From: an uncultured Candidatus Rokubacteria bacterium
GTDB lineage: Bacteria > Methylomirabilota > Methylomirabilia > Rokubacteriales > CSP1-6
DNA: 64,000 bases
Assembly (NCBI GenBank): GCA_963747235.1
Contig: CAVVEU010000020.1
Location: 32,001-96,000 of the forward strand
Reading direction: 5' to 3'
The position numbers and the translations under genes were made by a program. The number at the start of each line of letters is the position of its first letter. Positions within the stretch are counted from its first letter, which is position 1. Of this stretch, positions 45,387 through 55,028 are shown in pieces. The notes beneath the pieces were generated by a model. It searched no databases, was not told the DNA's origin, and saw only the letters and a program-made list of their open reading frames with translations.

Positions 45387-46732
45387 TGCGCGCGACCCCG
45401 CGGGACGAAGGCCAGCCGCGCGTAGGCGTCGGTGAGGTAGCGGCGCGCCGCCTCCTGCACCTGCGCGCCCGTCACCGCGCGCACGCGGTCCAGGTAGGCG
45501 CGCTCGGCCTCCAGGCTCCAGGTGGTCTCGGCGCGGCCGTACGCCAGCGCCAGGCCTTCCACCGTCTCGCGCGAGAACTCGCGCTGGGCCTCGGAGGCGG
45601 TGATCGAGCGGGCCAGCTCCTCCGGCGTCACGCCGTCCGCCTGGATGCGGCGGATCTCGGCCAGGATGCCGCGCTCCACCGCCTCCTGGTCCGCGCTCTC
45701 GAGCTGCGCGGTCACGCCCACCGCGCCCGCGCCCTGGAGCGCGCCGTACCAGCCGCTGATCCCGGACACCAGCCGCGCCTTCTCGCGCAGGGCCTGGTTG
45801 AGCCGCGAGCTGCGCGAGCCGCCCAGGATGTGGCTCAGCACGTCCACCGCCGGCATGTCGGGATGACCGAGCGGCGGCGCCAGCCACGCGAGGCCGAGCT
45901 GCGTCTGGCGCTCCGGACGCTCCACCGATCGGGTGCGCACGCCGTCCAGCGGCGCCGGCGCGGGCACCGCCGGCCGGGTGTAGCCGGCCCGGGGAATCGC
46001 GCCGAACGCGGCGATCGCGGCGGCGCGGACCTCCGCCGGGTTGACGGGACCGACCACGACCAGGGCCATGTTCTCCGGGACGTAGTGGCGCTTGTAGTAC
46101 CCGCGCAGGGTCTCCTGGGTGGCGCCCCGCAGGTCTCCCGCGTCACCCAGCACGGAGCGCCCGTAGGGGTGGCCCTGGTAGAGCACGCTGTAGAGCTGGC
46201 GGCCCAGGGACGACCGCGGATTGTCCTCGTTCAGCCGCACTTCCTCGAAGACCACGTCGCGCTCGCGCGTGAGCTCGGTCGGATCGAACACGGAGTTGAG
46301 CACCATGTCCGCGATCAGGGAGATTCCGGGCACCGTGCGCGTCGCGGGCAGCAGCAGGTAGTAGAAGGTGTAGTCGTTCGATGTGCCCGCGTTGGTGCGC
46401 CCGCCCACCGCCTCGACGTCGCTCTCGACGAATCCGCGCGGCCGCGTCGCGGTTCCCTTGAAGAGCATGTGCTCCGCGAAGTGCGAGAAGCCGCGCTCGC
46501 CGATCGCCTCGTCGCGCCCGCCCACGCCGGTCCAGAGATGAATCGCGACCGTGGCCGCGGCGCGGTGCTCCTGGATGATGAGCCGCATGCCGTTGGGGAG
46601 CACCTCGCGGATGGGCGCGGGCAATCCACGCGCCCCCGGCGCGGGCGGTGCCGTCACGCATCCACCGAGCGTATATAGGAGGAAGGCGATCGCGCAGACG
46701 CGTACGGCGCATCTGCCGATGGAGGGGGTCAT
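45383..46732 (-). CDS. exported M16B zinc peptidase, catalytic subunit (probable lipoprotein)
   Basis: GFSHFAEHMLFKGT (HxxEH), NAGTSNDYT and ERDVVFEE motifs; N-terminal hydrophobic stretch ending LGGC (lipobox-like). Confidence 0.9.
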   Translation of the reverse strand: MTPSIGRCAVRVCAIAFLLYTLGGCVTAPPAPGARGLPAPIREVLPNGMRLIIQEHRAAATVAIHLWTGVGGRDEAIGERGFSHFAEHMLFKGTATRPRGFVESDVEAVGGRTNAGTSNDYTFYYLLLPATRTVPGISLIADMVLNSVFDPTELTRERDVVFEEVRLNEDNPRSSLGRQLYSVLYQGHPYGRSVLGDAGDLRGATQETLRGYYKRHYVPENMALVVVGPVNPAEVRAAAIAAFGAIPRAGYTRPAVPAPAPLDGVRTRSVERPERQTQLGLAWLAPPLGHPDMPAVDVLSHILGGSRSSRLNQALREKARLVSGISGWYGALQGAGAVGVTAQLESADQEAVERGILAEIRRIQADGVTPEELARSITASEAQREFSRETVEGLALAYGRAETTWSLEAERAYLDRVRAVTGAQVQEAARRYLTDAYARLAFVPRGRAQ

Positions 46733-46840
46733 TGCGGCTACACGGTACCAGAGCCCAAGACAGTTTGCCGGGTCATCTGTCGGGGCCATGCCGGGCAGAA
46801 CGCCCTCGTGGCCCCGGTGGCCGATCGGAGGCCGAAGCCT

Positions 46841-46853
46841 TAAGGTATTGAAA
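46841..46853 (-). promoter_or_regulatory. candidate IHF binding site
   Basis: Minus strand TTTCAA-TACC-TTA against consensus WATCAA-N4-TTR (1 mismatch), about 30 bp upstream of a sigma54-like box. Confidence 0.5.
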
Positions 46854-46882
46854 CTATGGACTAGTTGGACTCTGAAACCCTC

Positions 46883-46898
46883 TGGCATTGCCGGTGCA
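46883..46898 (+). promoter_or_regulatory. candidate sigma54 (-24/-12) promoter
   Basis: TGGCATTGCCGGTGCA has exact GG-N10-GC spacing and faces the repeat-protein gene. Confidence 0.6.
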
Positions 46899-47004
46899 TC
46901 CTATGGCTGCGAGTTGGGGCCCCAGGGGGCCGGGAGAAGAAACCCAAGTGGGACGCGCAGTGAGCAAGAAGTCAGAAACGCAGTCAGAAAGGATGGAAAC
47001 GACG

Positions 47005-48188
47005 ATGAGAAAGTTCCTTGCAGCGACGATGAGTGTAGTGACGGTCTTCTCCCTCTCGGCCACGGTCGGGATGGCGCAGACCACGTCCTGCCCCGAGGTG
47101 GCGTCGGCGAAGGCGATGCTGACGCAGACCGCGAAGAGCCAGGACGTCCAGGCGCCCCGCTCGCTGGCGGGTGCCCGGTCGCAGGACGTGCAGGCCCCGC
47201 GTAGCCAGGACGTCCAGGCGCCCCGCTCGCTGGCGGGTGCCCGGTCGCAGGACGTGCAGGCGCCGCGTAGCCAGGACGTGCAGGCCCCGCGCGGTCAGGA
47301 TGTGCAGGCTCCTCGCGGTCAGAACATCCAGGCTCCTCGCGCCCAGGACGTGCAGGCGCCGCGTGGCCAGGATGTGCAGGCTCCTCGCGGTCAGGACATC
47401 CAGGCTCCGCGTAGCCAGGATGTGCAGGCTCCCCGCGTCAGGACTAGCGGGTGCCCGCGTCGCAGGACGTGCAGGCTCCTCGCGCCCAGGACGTGCAGGC
47501 GCCGCGTGGCGGTCGGCAGGACGTGCAGGCTCCTCGCGGCCAGGACATCCAGGCGCCGCGTGGTCAGGATGTGCAGGCTCCTCGTGGTCAGAACATCCAG
47601 GCTCCTCGCGCGCAGGACGTCCAGGCGCCGCGTGGCCAGGACATTCAGGCCCCGCGTGGTCAGGACGTGCAGGCTCCTCGTAGCCAGGACGTGCAGGCTC
47701 CTCGCGGTCAGAACATCCAGGCTCCTCGCGCCCAGGACGTGCAGGCGCCGCGTGGTCAGGATGTGCAGGCTCCTCGCGGTCAGGACATCCAGGCGCCGCG
47801 TGGCCAGGATGTGCAGGCTCCTCGCGGTCAGAACATCCAGGCTCCTCGCGCCCAGGACGTCCAGGCTCCTCGCGGCCAGGACGTGCAGGCGCCGCGTGGC
47901 CAGGACGTGCAGGCTCCTCGCGGTCAGAACATCCAGGCTCCTCGCGCCCAGGACGTGCAGGCGCCGCGTGGTCAGGATGTGCAGGCTCCTCGTGGTCAGA
48001 ACATCCAGGCTCCTCGCGGCCCAGGACGTGTCCAGGCCCCGCGTGCCCAGGATGTGCAGGCTCCCCGCTCTGCCGAGTTCAAGAAGGCTTCTGGTCTCGT
48101 GACCGAGGCCGAGGCGGCGTGCAAGGCCGGCAACTCGACGCTGGCGGCTGACAAGGCCAAGGCGGCGATGGAGATGCTGAAGAAGTAG
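47005..48188 (+). CDS. secreted tandem-octapeptide-repeat protein of unknown function (frameshift near 47440-47460)
   Basis: SD AAAGGA; signal peptide MRKFLAATMSVVTVFSLSATVGMA; about 36 (G/S/A)Q(D/N)(V/I)QAPR units; one Cys in each flanking helical segment; own terminator. Confidence 0.85.
47137..48068 (+). repeat. 24-bp coding tandem repeat array (about 36 units, with 2-3 SLAGAR spacers near the 5' end)
   Basis: Unit about GGYCAGGAYGTSCAGGCKCCKCGY; most variation is at synonymous positions. Confidence 0.95.
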
Positions 48189-48206
48189 CAGTTCGACGAC
48201 GCAACC

Positions 48207-48246
48207 AACGGCCCCGGGGCGAATCCCCCGGGGCCGTTTCTTTTTG
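48207..48246 (+). terminator. intrinsic terminator
   Basis: AACGGCCCCGGGG-cgaatc-CCCCGGGGCCGTT followed by TCTTTTT. Confidence 0.85.
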
Positions 48247-48258
48247 TGGCGATCGCGG

Positions 48259-49007
48259 TCAGACGAGGCGGGCCCGGAGCCGGGACGACGCGAAGTCCAC
48301 GATCATCACCAGCCCGATCAGCACGAGCAGCACGGTGGCCGCCGCGGGATAGTTCAGGAGCCGCAGGTAGGTCTGGATGTAGAAGCCGATGCCCCCTGCC
48401 CCCACGAAGCCCAGGACCGCCGCCGCCCGGATGTTCGTCTCGAAGCGATACAGCGTGAAGGACAGGAACTGCGGCACGAGCTGCGGGAGCACGCCCCAGC
48501 GCAGCACCTGCAGCGTCGTGGCGCCCGTCGCCCGCACCGCCTCCACCGGCCCCGGCTCGATGGCCTCGATGGCCTCGGAGTACAGCTTGGCCAGCACGGT
48601 CGCCGTGTAGACCAGGACCGCCAGCACGCCCGGGAACGGGCCGAGCCCGACCGCGGCCACGAAGAAGAGCGCGTAGACCAGCGTGTCCACCGCGCGGAAC
48701 GCATTGAGCAGGCTGCGCGCCCAGTAGAAGAGCCAGGGCGGCGCCGCGTTGCGCGCGGCCGCGAAGCCCAGCGGCAGCGCGAGCACCGCCGCCACCGCGG
48801 TGCCCACCACCGCGATCTGGATGGTCTCCACGGCCCCGCGCAGCGCGTTGCCCAGCACCGAGAGATCGGGCGGGACCATGCGACGCAGGAAGTCCCACAT
48901 GAAGGGAAGGCCCTCGATCAGGCGGCCCAGCGAGACTTCGGTCTCCACCGCCGACCAGGCGATGGCCCCCAGGATGACCACCCACGCCGCCCATCGGCTC
49001 CCGCGGC

Positions 49008-49011
<4 letters not shown>
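48259..49011 (-). CDS. phnE: phosphonate/phosphite ABC transporter permease
   Basis: ALFFVAAVGLGP, KLYSEAIE, YRFETNIRAAAVLGFVGAGGIG motifs. Confidence 0.9.
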
Positions 49012-49750
<739 letters not shown>

Positions 49751-49754
<4 letters not shown>

Positions 49755-50080
49755 CGGCGGCCGGCGGTGAAGTGGAAGTGGACGTGGTAGACCACCTGCC
49801 CGCCCTCGGGCCCCGTGTTGCAGGACACGCGATAGCCGCGCTCGGCGTAGCCGGTGCGCTCGCCCAGCAGTCGCGCCACCTGCATGCACCGGCCGATCAC
49901 CTCGGTGTCACCGGGCTCGAGCCGCGCGAGGGACTCGATGTGGCGCTTCGGGACGATCAGCAGGTGGATCGGCGCCTTCGGGTACAGATCCCGGAACGCC
50001 AGGACCTGATCGTCCTCGTACTCGATCTCGGCGGGACTCTCCTTCGCGGCGATGCGGCAGAAGACGCAGGTCTGGGTCAC
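49751..50080 (-). CDS. histidine triad (HinT-like) nucleotide-binding protein
   Basis: CVFCRI, HLLIVPKRH and GGQVVYHVHFH motifs; SD GGGAGG before the GTG. Confidence 0.92.
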
Positions 50081-50152
50081 GGGGCCTCCCGGCTCGTGTA
50101 TAATCCTTGACGCCACGCCATCCTGTCAGCGAATCCGTTGGAGGACAACGAC

Positions 50153-50274
50153 ATGGGTACCTGTCCCAAGTGCAAGCTGCGCATCCGAAAGAACGGCAAC
50201 CACATCAAGCTGGGCTCGGTCTGGCGCCACAAGATGTGCCCGCCAAGCCCGGCCGCGCCGCCAAGAGCGCCTAG
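50153..50274 (+). CDS. small basic C-x2-C-x18-H-x2-C zinc-finger microprotein (about 40 aa; probable 1-nt indel near 50240)
   Basis: TATAAT at 50099-50104, SD GGAGGA, then MGTCPKCKLRIRKNGNHIKLGSVWRHKMCP; adding one C gives ...AKPGRAAKSA* ending at TAG 50272-74. Confidence 0.6.
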
Positions 50275-50392
50275 CTTCCCTCCCCGCTCCATCAGCACAG
50301 TCTCACCGCCGCTGGTCAGGGTAGCCGAAACCGGGCGAGGGTGGGAAGAGCCGTCCAGCGCATCGCGACACGTCCCGACGAGGAGGCCCGGC

Positions 50393-51411
50393 ATGACGGT
50401 CCGGCTCATCGCGCTTCTCCTGCTCGCCACCCTCGTCTCGGTCGGGCTGCCGGCGCCCGCCGGGGCCCAGGCGGTGGGCGACGTCTTCCGGAAGGTGAGC
50501 CCTTCCGTCGTCGTGATCCGATCCAGGGGGCGGGACGTCTCCGCGTCCGGCCAGGTCCGCTTCGGAGAGATCGGCTCCGGCGTGCTGATCTCGGCGGACG
50601 GCAAGGTGATGACGGCGGCCCACGTCGTCCACGCGATGGACGAGATCAACGTGGAGTTCATCGGAGGCGAGACGGTGCCGGCGCGGGTCGTCGCCTCCGA
50701 GCCCGCCGCCGACCTCTCGCTGCTCCAGCTCGATCGCGTGCCCGCCGACGTCCGCGTCTCTCGCCTCGCCGATTCGCGCACCGTCCGCGTGGGCGACCAG
50801 GTGCTGGTCGTGGGCGCGCCGTACGGGCTCGCCTACTCGCTGAGCGTCGGCTACGTCAGCGCCCGCTGGCCGCCGAACAGCGTGTACCCGGCCTTCCCGC
50901 TGGCCGAGTTCTTCCAGACCGACGCCACGATCAACACCGGCAACTCCGGCGGCCCTCTGTTCAACCTGGCGGGTGACGTCATCGGGATCGTGAGCCACAA
51001 CATCTCGAAGGGCGGCGGCAGCGAGGGGCTCGGCTTCGTGGTGACGATCAACACCGCCAAGGATCTCCTGCTCGCCCGGCGCTCCATCTGGAGCGGACTC
51101 GAGGGCCACACCCTGTCGGGGGACCTGGCCGCGATCTTCAACCTGCCCCAGCCCGAGGGCTTCCTGGTCAAGACGGTGGCCAAGGGCTCGCCCGCCGCGG
51201 AGGCGGGGATTCGCGGCGGCAACCGGACCGCGGTCATCGACGGCCAGACGCTGGTGGTCGGCGGCGACGTCCTGCTCGCGGTGGAGGGCATCCCGGCCGG
51301 AAACCTCGCCGACTACAACCGGATGCGCGAGCACTGCAGACGCTGCCGGGGCGCCTCAGTGACGGTGCTGCGGGCCGGCGCGTGCTGAACCTGGTCGGCA
51401 AGGCGCCCTGA
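50393..51411 (+). CDS. HtrA/DegP-like trypsin serine protease with one PDZ domain (3' frameshifts)
   Basis: SD AGGAGG; signal peptide; GSGVLI, TAAHVV, DLSLL and QTDATINTGNSGGPL motifs; PDZ (VAKGSPAAEAGIR). Confidence 0.88.
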
Positions 51412-51728
51412 CCGCGGCCGGGTTCGCGAAGTCGCGTACCCGCCGGAAGCACCGGCCGCCTGACGCTCTGGCGCTCGAATCGGGCTGAGGTCGGCTGGGG
51501 AGGCCGGCGGATCAGCGGCGTGTGCGCCGAGACCAGCGCAGTCACTACGCCGGCGCCAGCATCCGCGCCGGCCGGGTCGCGGGAGGGCGGTCCCCAACGC
51601 AGACGATCACCGCTCGTCCGCGAACGCGCGTGGCGTCGACCGGGCCCGACCCGGAGATCGAAGGGCCGGGGAGCATGGCGCTCCACTCGGCCTCGCGCCC
51701 GGACGCCACTCCGCAGCGGACCTCTAAA

Positions 51729-51804
51729 TGGTGGAGGGTAAGGGAGTCGAACCCTCGACCTCGGCGTTGCGAACGCCGCGCTCTCCCAACTGAGCTAACC
51801 CCCC
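51729..51804 (-). tRNA. tRNA-Ala(CGC)
   Basis: 76-nt cloverleaf GGGGGGTTAGCTCAGTTGGGAGAGCG...TTCGACT...CCA; anticodon loop TT-CGC-AA; G3:U70 Ala identity pair. Confidence 0.95.
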
Positions 51805-51870
51805 GTCAGACCGGCCCATTGTACTCGGCCGGCCCCCATCCGACAAGCCCGGCGACGGCCTCGTCGCGCC

Positions 51871-52680
51871 TCAGCTCTTGGGTGGCTGCGGATCGGCGCC
51901 GAACGCCCGCAGCAGCGGGGTGAAGAGGTCCAGCGGCAGCGGGAAGAAGGTCGTGGTGTTCCGCTCGGAGGCCACCTCCCGCATCGTCTGGAGATAGCGG
52001 AGCTGCACCGCGATCGGGAAGCGCATCAGCACCTCGGCGGCCTCGCCCAGCTTGGCGGCGGCCTGGAACTCGCCCTCCGCGTTGATCACCTTGGCGCGCC
52101 GCTCGCGCTCGGCCTCGGCCTGCTTGGACATGGCGCGCTGCATGTCCTGCGGCAGGTCCACGTTCTTCACCTCGACGGCGGCCACCTTCACGCCCCACGG
52201 GCTCGTGTGCTGGTCGATGATCCGGGTCAGCTCCTCGTTGATCTTCTCCCGGCGCGCCAGGAGATCGTCCATCTGCTGCTGGCCCAGCACGCTCCGCAGC
52301 GTGGTCTGCGCCATCTGGGAGGTCGCGTAGAGATAGTCCTCCACGCTGATGACCGCCTTGGCCGCGTCGAGCACGCGGAAGAAGATCACCGCGTTCACCT
52401 TCATCGACACGTTGTCGCGCGTGATCACGTCCTGGGGCGGCACGTCCATGGTGATCGTGCGGAGGCTCACCTTGACCATCTTGTCGATGAACGGGATCAG
52501 GAGCACGAGGCCCGGGCCGGTGCCGTCGCCCCCGGGGTTGAAGATCGCGTTGGTCCGCCGGCCGAAGCGGAAGATGACGCCCCGCTCGTACTCCCGCAGG
52601 ATGCGGAACGAGGAGAAGAAGATGTAGAGCAGGATGATCGCGACCGGGATGATGCCGAAGAGGAGCTGGATGCCTTCCAT
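51871..52680 (-). CDS. SPFH/stomatin (slipin) family protein
   Basis: [31 protein letters not shown] and [12 protein letters not shown] motifs. Confidence 0.93.
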   Translation of the reverse strand: MEGIQLLFGIIPVAIILLYIFFSSFRILREYERGVIFRFGRRTNAIFNPGGDGTGPGLVLLIPFIDKMVKVSLRTITMDVPPQDVITRDNVSMKVNAVIFFRVLDAAKAVISVEDYLYATSQMAQTTLRSVLGQQQMDDLLARREKINEELTRIIDQHTSPWGVKVAAVEVKNVDLPQDMQRAMSKQAEAERERRAKVINAEGEFQAAAKLGEAAEVLMRFPIAVQLRYLQTMREVASERNTTTFFPLPLDLFTPLLRAFGADPQPPKS

Positions 52681-52699
52681 GTGCGGCCTCCTGAGAGTG

Positions 52700-54031
52700 C
52701 TAGGGGCGCTGCGCCGACCTGGTGACCTTGAGCGTGAGGCCATCGATGGCCGCGACCTTGACGGACTCGCCCGCCGCCACGGTGCCGTCCTGGCTCAGCG
52801 CCCGCCACAGCTCGCCGTCGATCATCACCTGCCCCTCGGGCGCCAGCGCCGACCGCGCCACCCCGAGCCGCCCCACCATGGCGGATTCGCCGGTCACCGA
52901 GGGCCGGTAGAGCGCGCGGATGCCCATGGACACCGCGAAGAAGACCAGCGCCGCGGTCGTGCCCACCGTGGGAATCACCACGTACCAGGACAGCCGGATC
53001 CCGGTCGTCTCGGGCGAGTCGTAGAGCATGAGGGAGCCGAGCAGCATGGCGACCACGCCGCCGATCGCGAGGACGCCGTGGCTCACCACCTTGACCTCGG
53101 CGATGAGCAGCACCACGCCGAAGAGAAGCAGCAGGAGGCCGGCCCAGTTCACCGGCAGGCTCTGGAAGGCGTAGAAGGCCAGGATCAGGCAGATGCCGCC
53201 GATGACGCCGGGCAGGATCGCGCCCGGGTTGGACAGCTCGAAGAAGATGCCCGAGCATGCCCGCCATCATCAGCAGGTAGGCGATGTTGGGGTCCGAGAT
53301 CAGGGCGAGGAACCGGTCGCGGAAGCGCACCTCGATGACCTTGACCGGCGCGTCCTTGGTGGCGAGCGTGACCTGGCCGCGCGTGGTCTTGACGGCGCGG
53401 CCGTCGATCTGGGTCAGGAGATCCGGCACGCTCTCGGCCACCAGGTCCACGATCTTGAGCTTGACCGCCTCGCGCTCGGTGGCCGAGACCGACGAGCGCA
53501 CCGCCTTCTCGGCCCACTCCGCGTTGCGCCCCCGCTCGGTGGCGATGGTGCGCGCGAAGGCGGCCGCGTCGTTCTCGACCTTCTTGATCATCTCCTTGTC
53601 CCCGCCCCCGCCCACCGCCACCGGGTGCGCGGCCCCGATGTTCGTGGCGGGCGCCATCACGGCCACGTGCGCGGCCATCGTGATGAAGACTCCGGCGGAG
53701 GCGGCGCGCGCGCCACCCGGCGCGACGTAGACGATGACCGGGATCGGCGAGCCCAGGATGCTCTGCACCATCGAGCGCATGGAGCGCTCGAGCCCGCCCG
53801 GCGTGTTGAGCTGCACGATCGAGGGCCTGGGAGCCTTCGGCCTGCGCCCGGTCGATCGCGCTCGCCGAGCAGGCGGACCGTGACCGGGGTGATCGCGGAA
53901 TCCAGCTCGATCAGCGACACGGATTGAGCCGCGGAGGCCGGGCCGGCGAGGGAGAGCAGCGCGGCGGAGGCCAGCAGGATGGCGACGGCGACGAGGAGAG
54001 GCCGGTTGATGGCCGATCTCACGCGCGTCAT
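52700..54031 (-). CDS. nfeD: NfeD membrane-bound serine protease, long form (frameshifts near 53250 and 53820-53865)
   Basis: [23 protein letters not shown] domain and OB-fold GELWRA; paired with the SPFH gene. Confidence 0.88.
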
Positions 54032-54053
54032 CTTAGCACGCGCGGGACGCGCC

Positions 54054-55007
54054 CTAGCGGGCGAGGGCGACCACCGAGAGCAGCTCGAAGAGCAGGTTGG
54101 CGGCCAGCACGCCGGTGATGGCGCCGGGCCCGTCGTAGGGCGGCGAGACCTCGACGATGTCGCCCCCGGCCAGCTCGATCCCGCGCAGCCCGCGCACGAG
54201 CCCGAGCGCCTCGTAGGAGGTGAGCCCGCCCGCCTCCGGCGTCCCCGTCCCCGGGGCGTAGGCCGGATCGCACGCGTCCACGTCGAAGGAGACGTAGACG
54301 GGCCCGCCGCTCTCGAGGCGCCGCAGCCGCTCGACCGCGGCGGCGACGCCGCGCTCCTTGATCTCCTCGATGCGGATGACCTCGAAGGCGTGCTCGCGGT
54401 GGAAGTCGAAGTCCTCCGGGCCGTAGAGGGGCCCGCGGATGCCCACCTGGATGGAGCGCGCGCCGTCGATCAGCCCCTCCTCGATCGCCCGGCGGAAGGT
54501 GCTGCCGTGGTAGTAGGGCAGGCCGAAGTAGCGGTCCCAGGTGTCCGGGTGCGCGTCGAAGTGCACGAGCCCCAGGCGCCCGTGGCGCTTCGCGAGCGCG
54601 CGCAGCACCGCCAGGGTCACGGTGTGATCGCCGCCCACGCAGAGCGGGACCGCGCGGGCCTCCACCACCGGCGCCAGGGTCTGCTCGATGGCCGCGAAGG
54701 TCGCCTCGATCGACACCGGCACCGCGTCCACGTCGCCGCAGTCGGCGACCCGCAGCCGCTCGAAGGGGTGCACGCGCAGGGCCGAGTTCCACGGCCGGAT
54801 CAGCGAGGACTGCTCGCGCACGTGACGCGGGCCCATGCGCGCGCCCGAGCGGTAGGAGCAGCCGCCGTCGAAGGGAATGCCGCAGAGGGCCACGTCGAGC
54901 CCCGCGGGCGACTCCACGTGCGGCAGCCGCATGAACGTGGCCGGCTGCGCGAAGCGAGGCGACGCGAAGCCGTCGCGCTGCTTCGGATGCTCGCGGGACG
55001 GGTCCAT
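54054..55007 (-). CDS. speB: agmatinase / ureohydrolase
   Basis: GGDHT, HFDAHPD and SFDVDACDPAYAPGTGTPE motifs; exact substrate uncertain. Confidence 0.8.
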   Translation of the reverse strand: MDPSREHPKQRDGFASPRFAQPATFMRLPHVESPAGLDVALCGIPFDGGCSYRSGARMGPRHVREQSSLIRPWNSALRVHPFERLRVADCGDVDAVPVSIEATFAAIEQTLAPVVEARAVPLCVGGDHTVTLAVLRALAKRHGRLGLVHFDAHPDTWDRYFGLPYYHGSTFRRAIEEGLIDGARSIQVGIRGPLYGPEDFDFHREHAFEVIRIEEIKERGVAAAVERLRRLESGGPVYVSFDVDACDPAYAPGTGTPEAGGLTSYEALGLVRGLRGIELAGGDIVEVSPPYDGPGAITGVLAANLLFELLSVVALAR

Positions 55008-55028
55008 GGCAGCGGCGGTGCCGGCCGG

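Noticed and set aside
47137-48068. The 24-bp array as a CRISPR array
   Set aside because: Units are contiguous with no unique spacers, vary mainly at synonymous positions, lie in a signal-peptide ORF, and no cas genes are present.
51412-51804. Integrated element at the tRNA-Ala 3' end
   Set aside because: No integrase, no duplicated tRNA 3' end and no compositional shift seen; the ~310-bp gap has no convincing ORF or structure.
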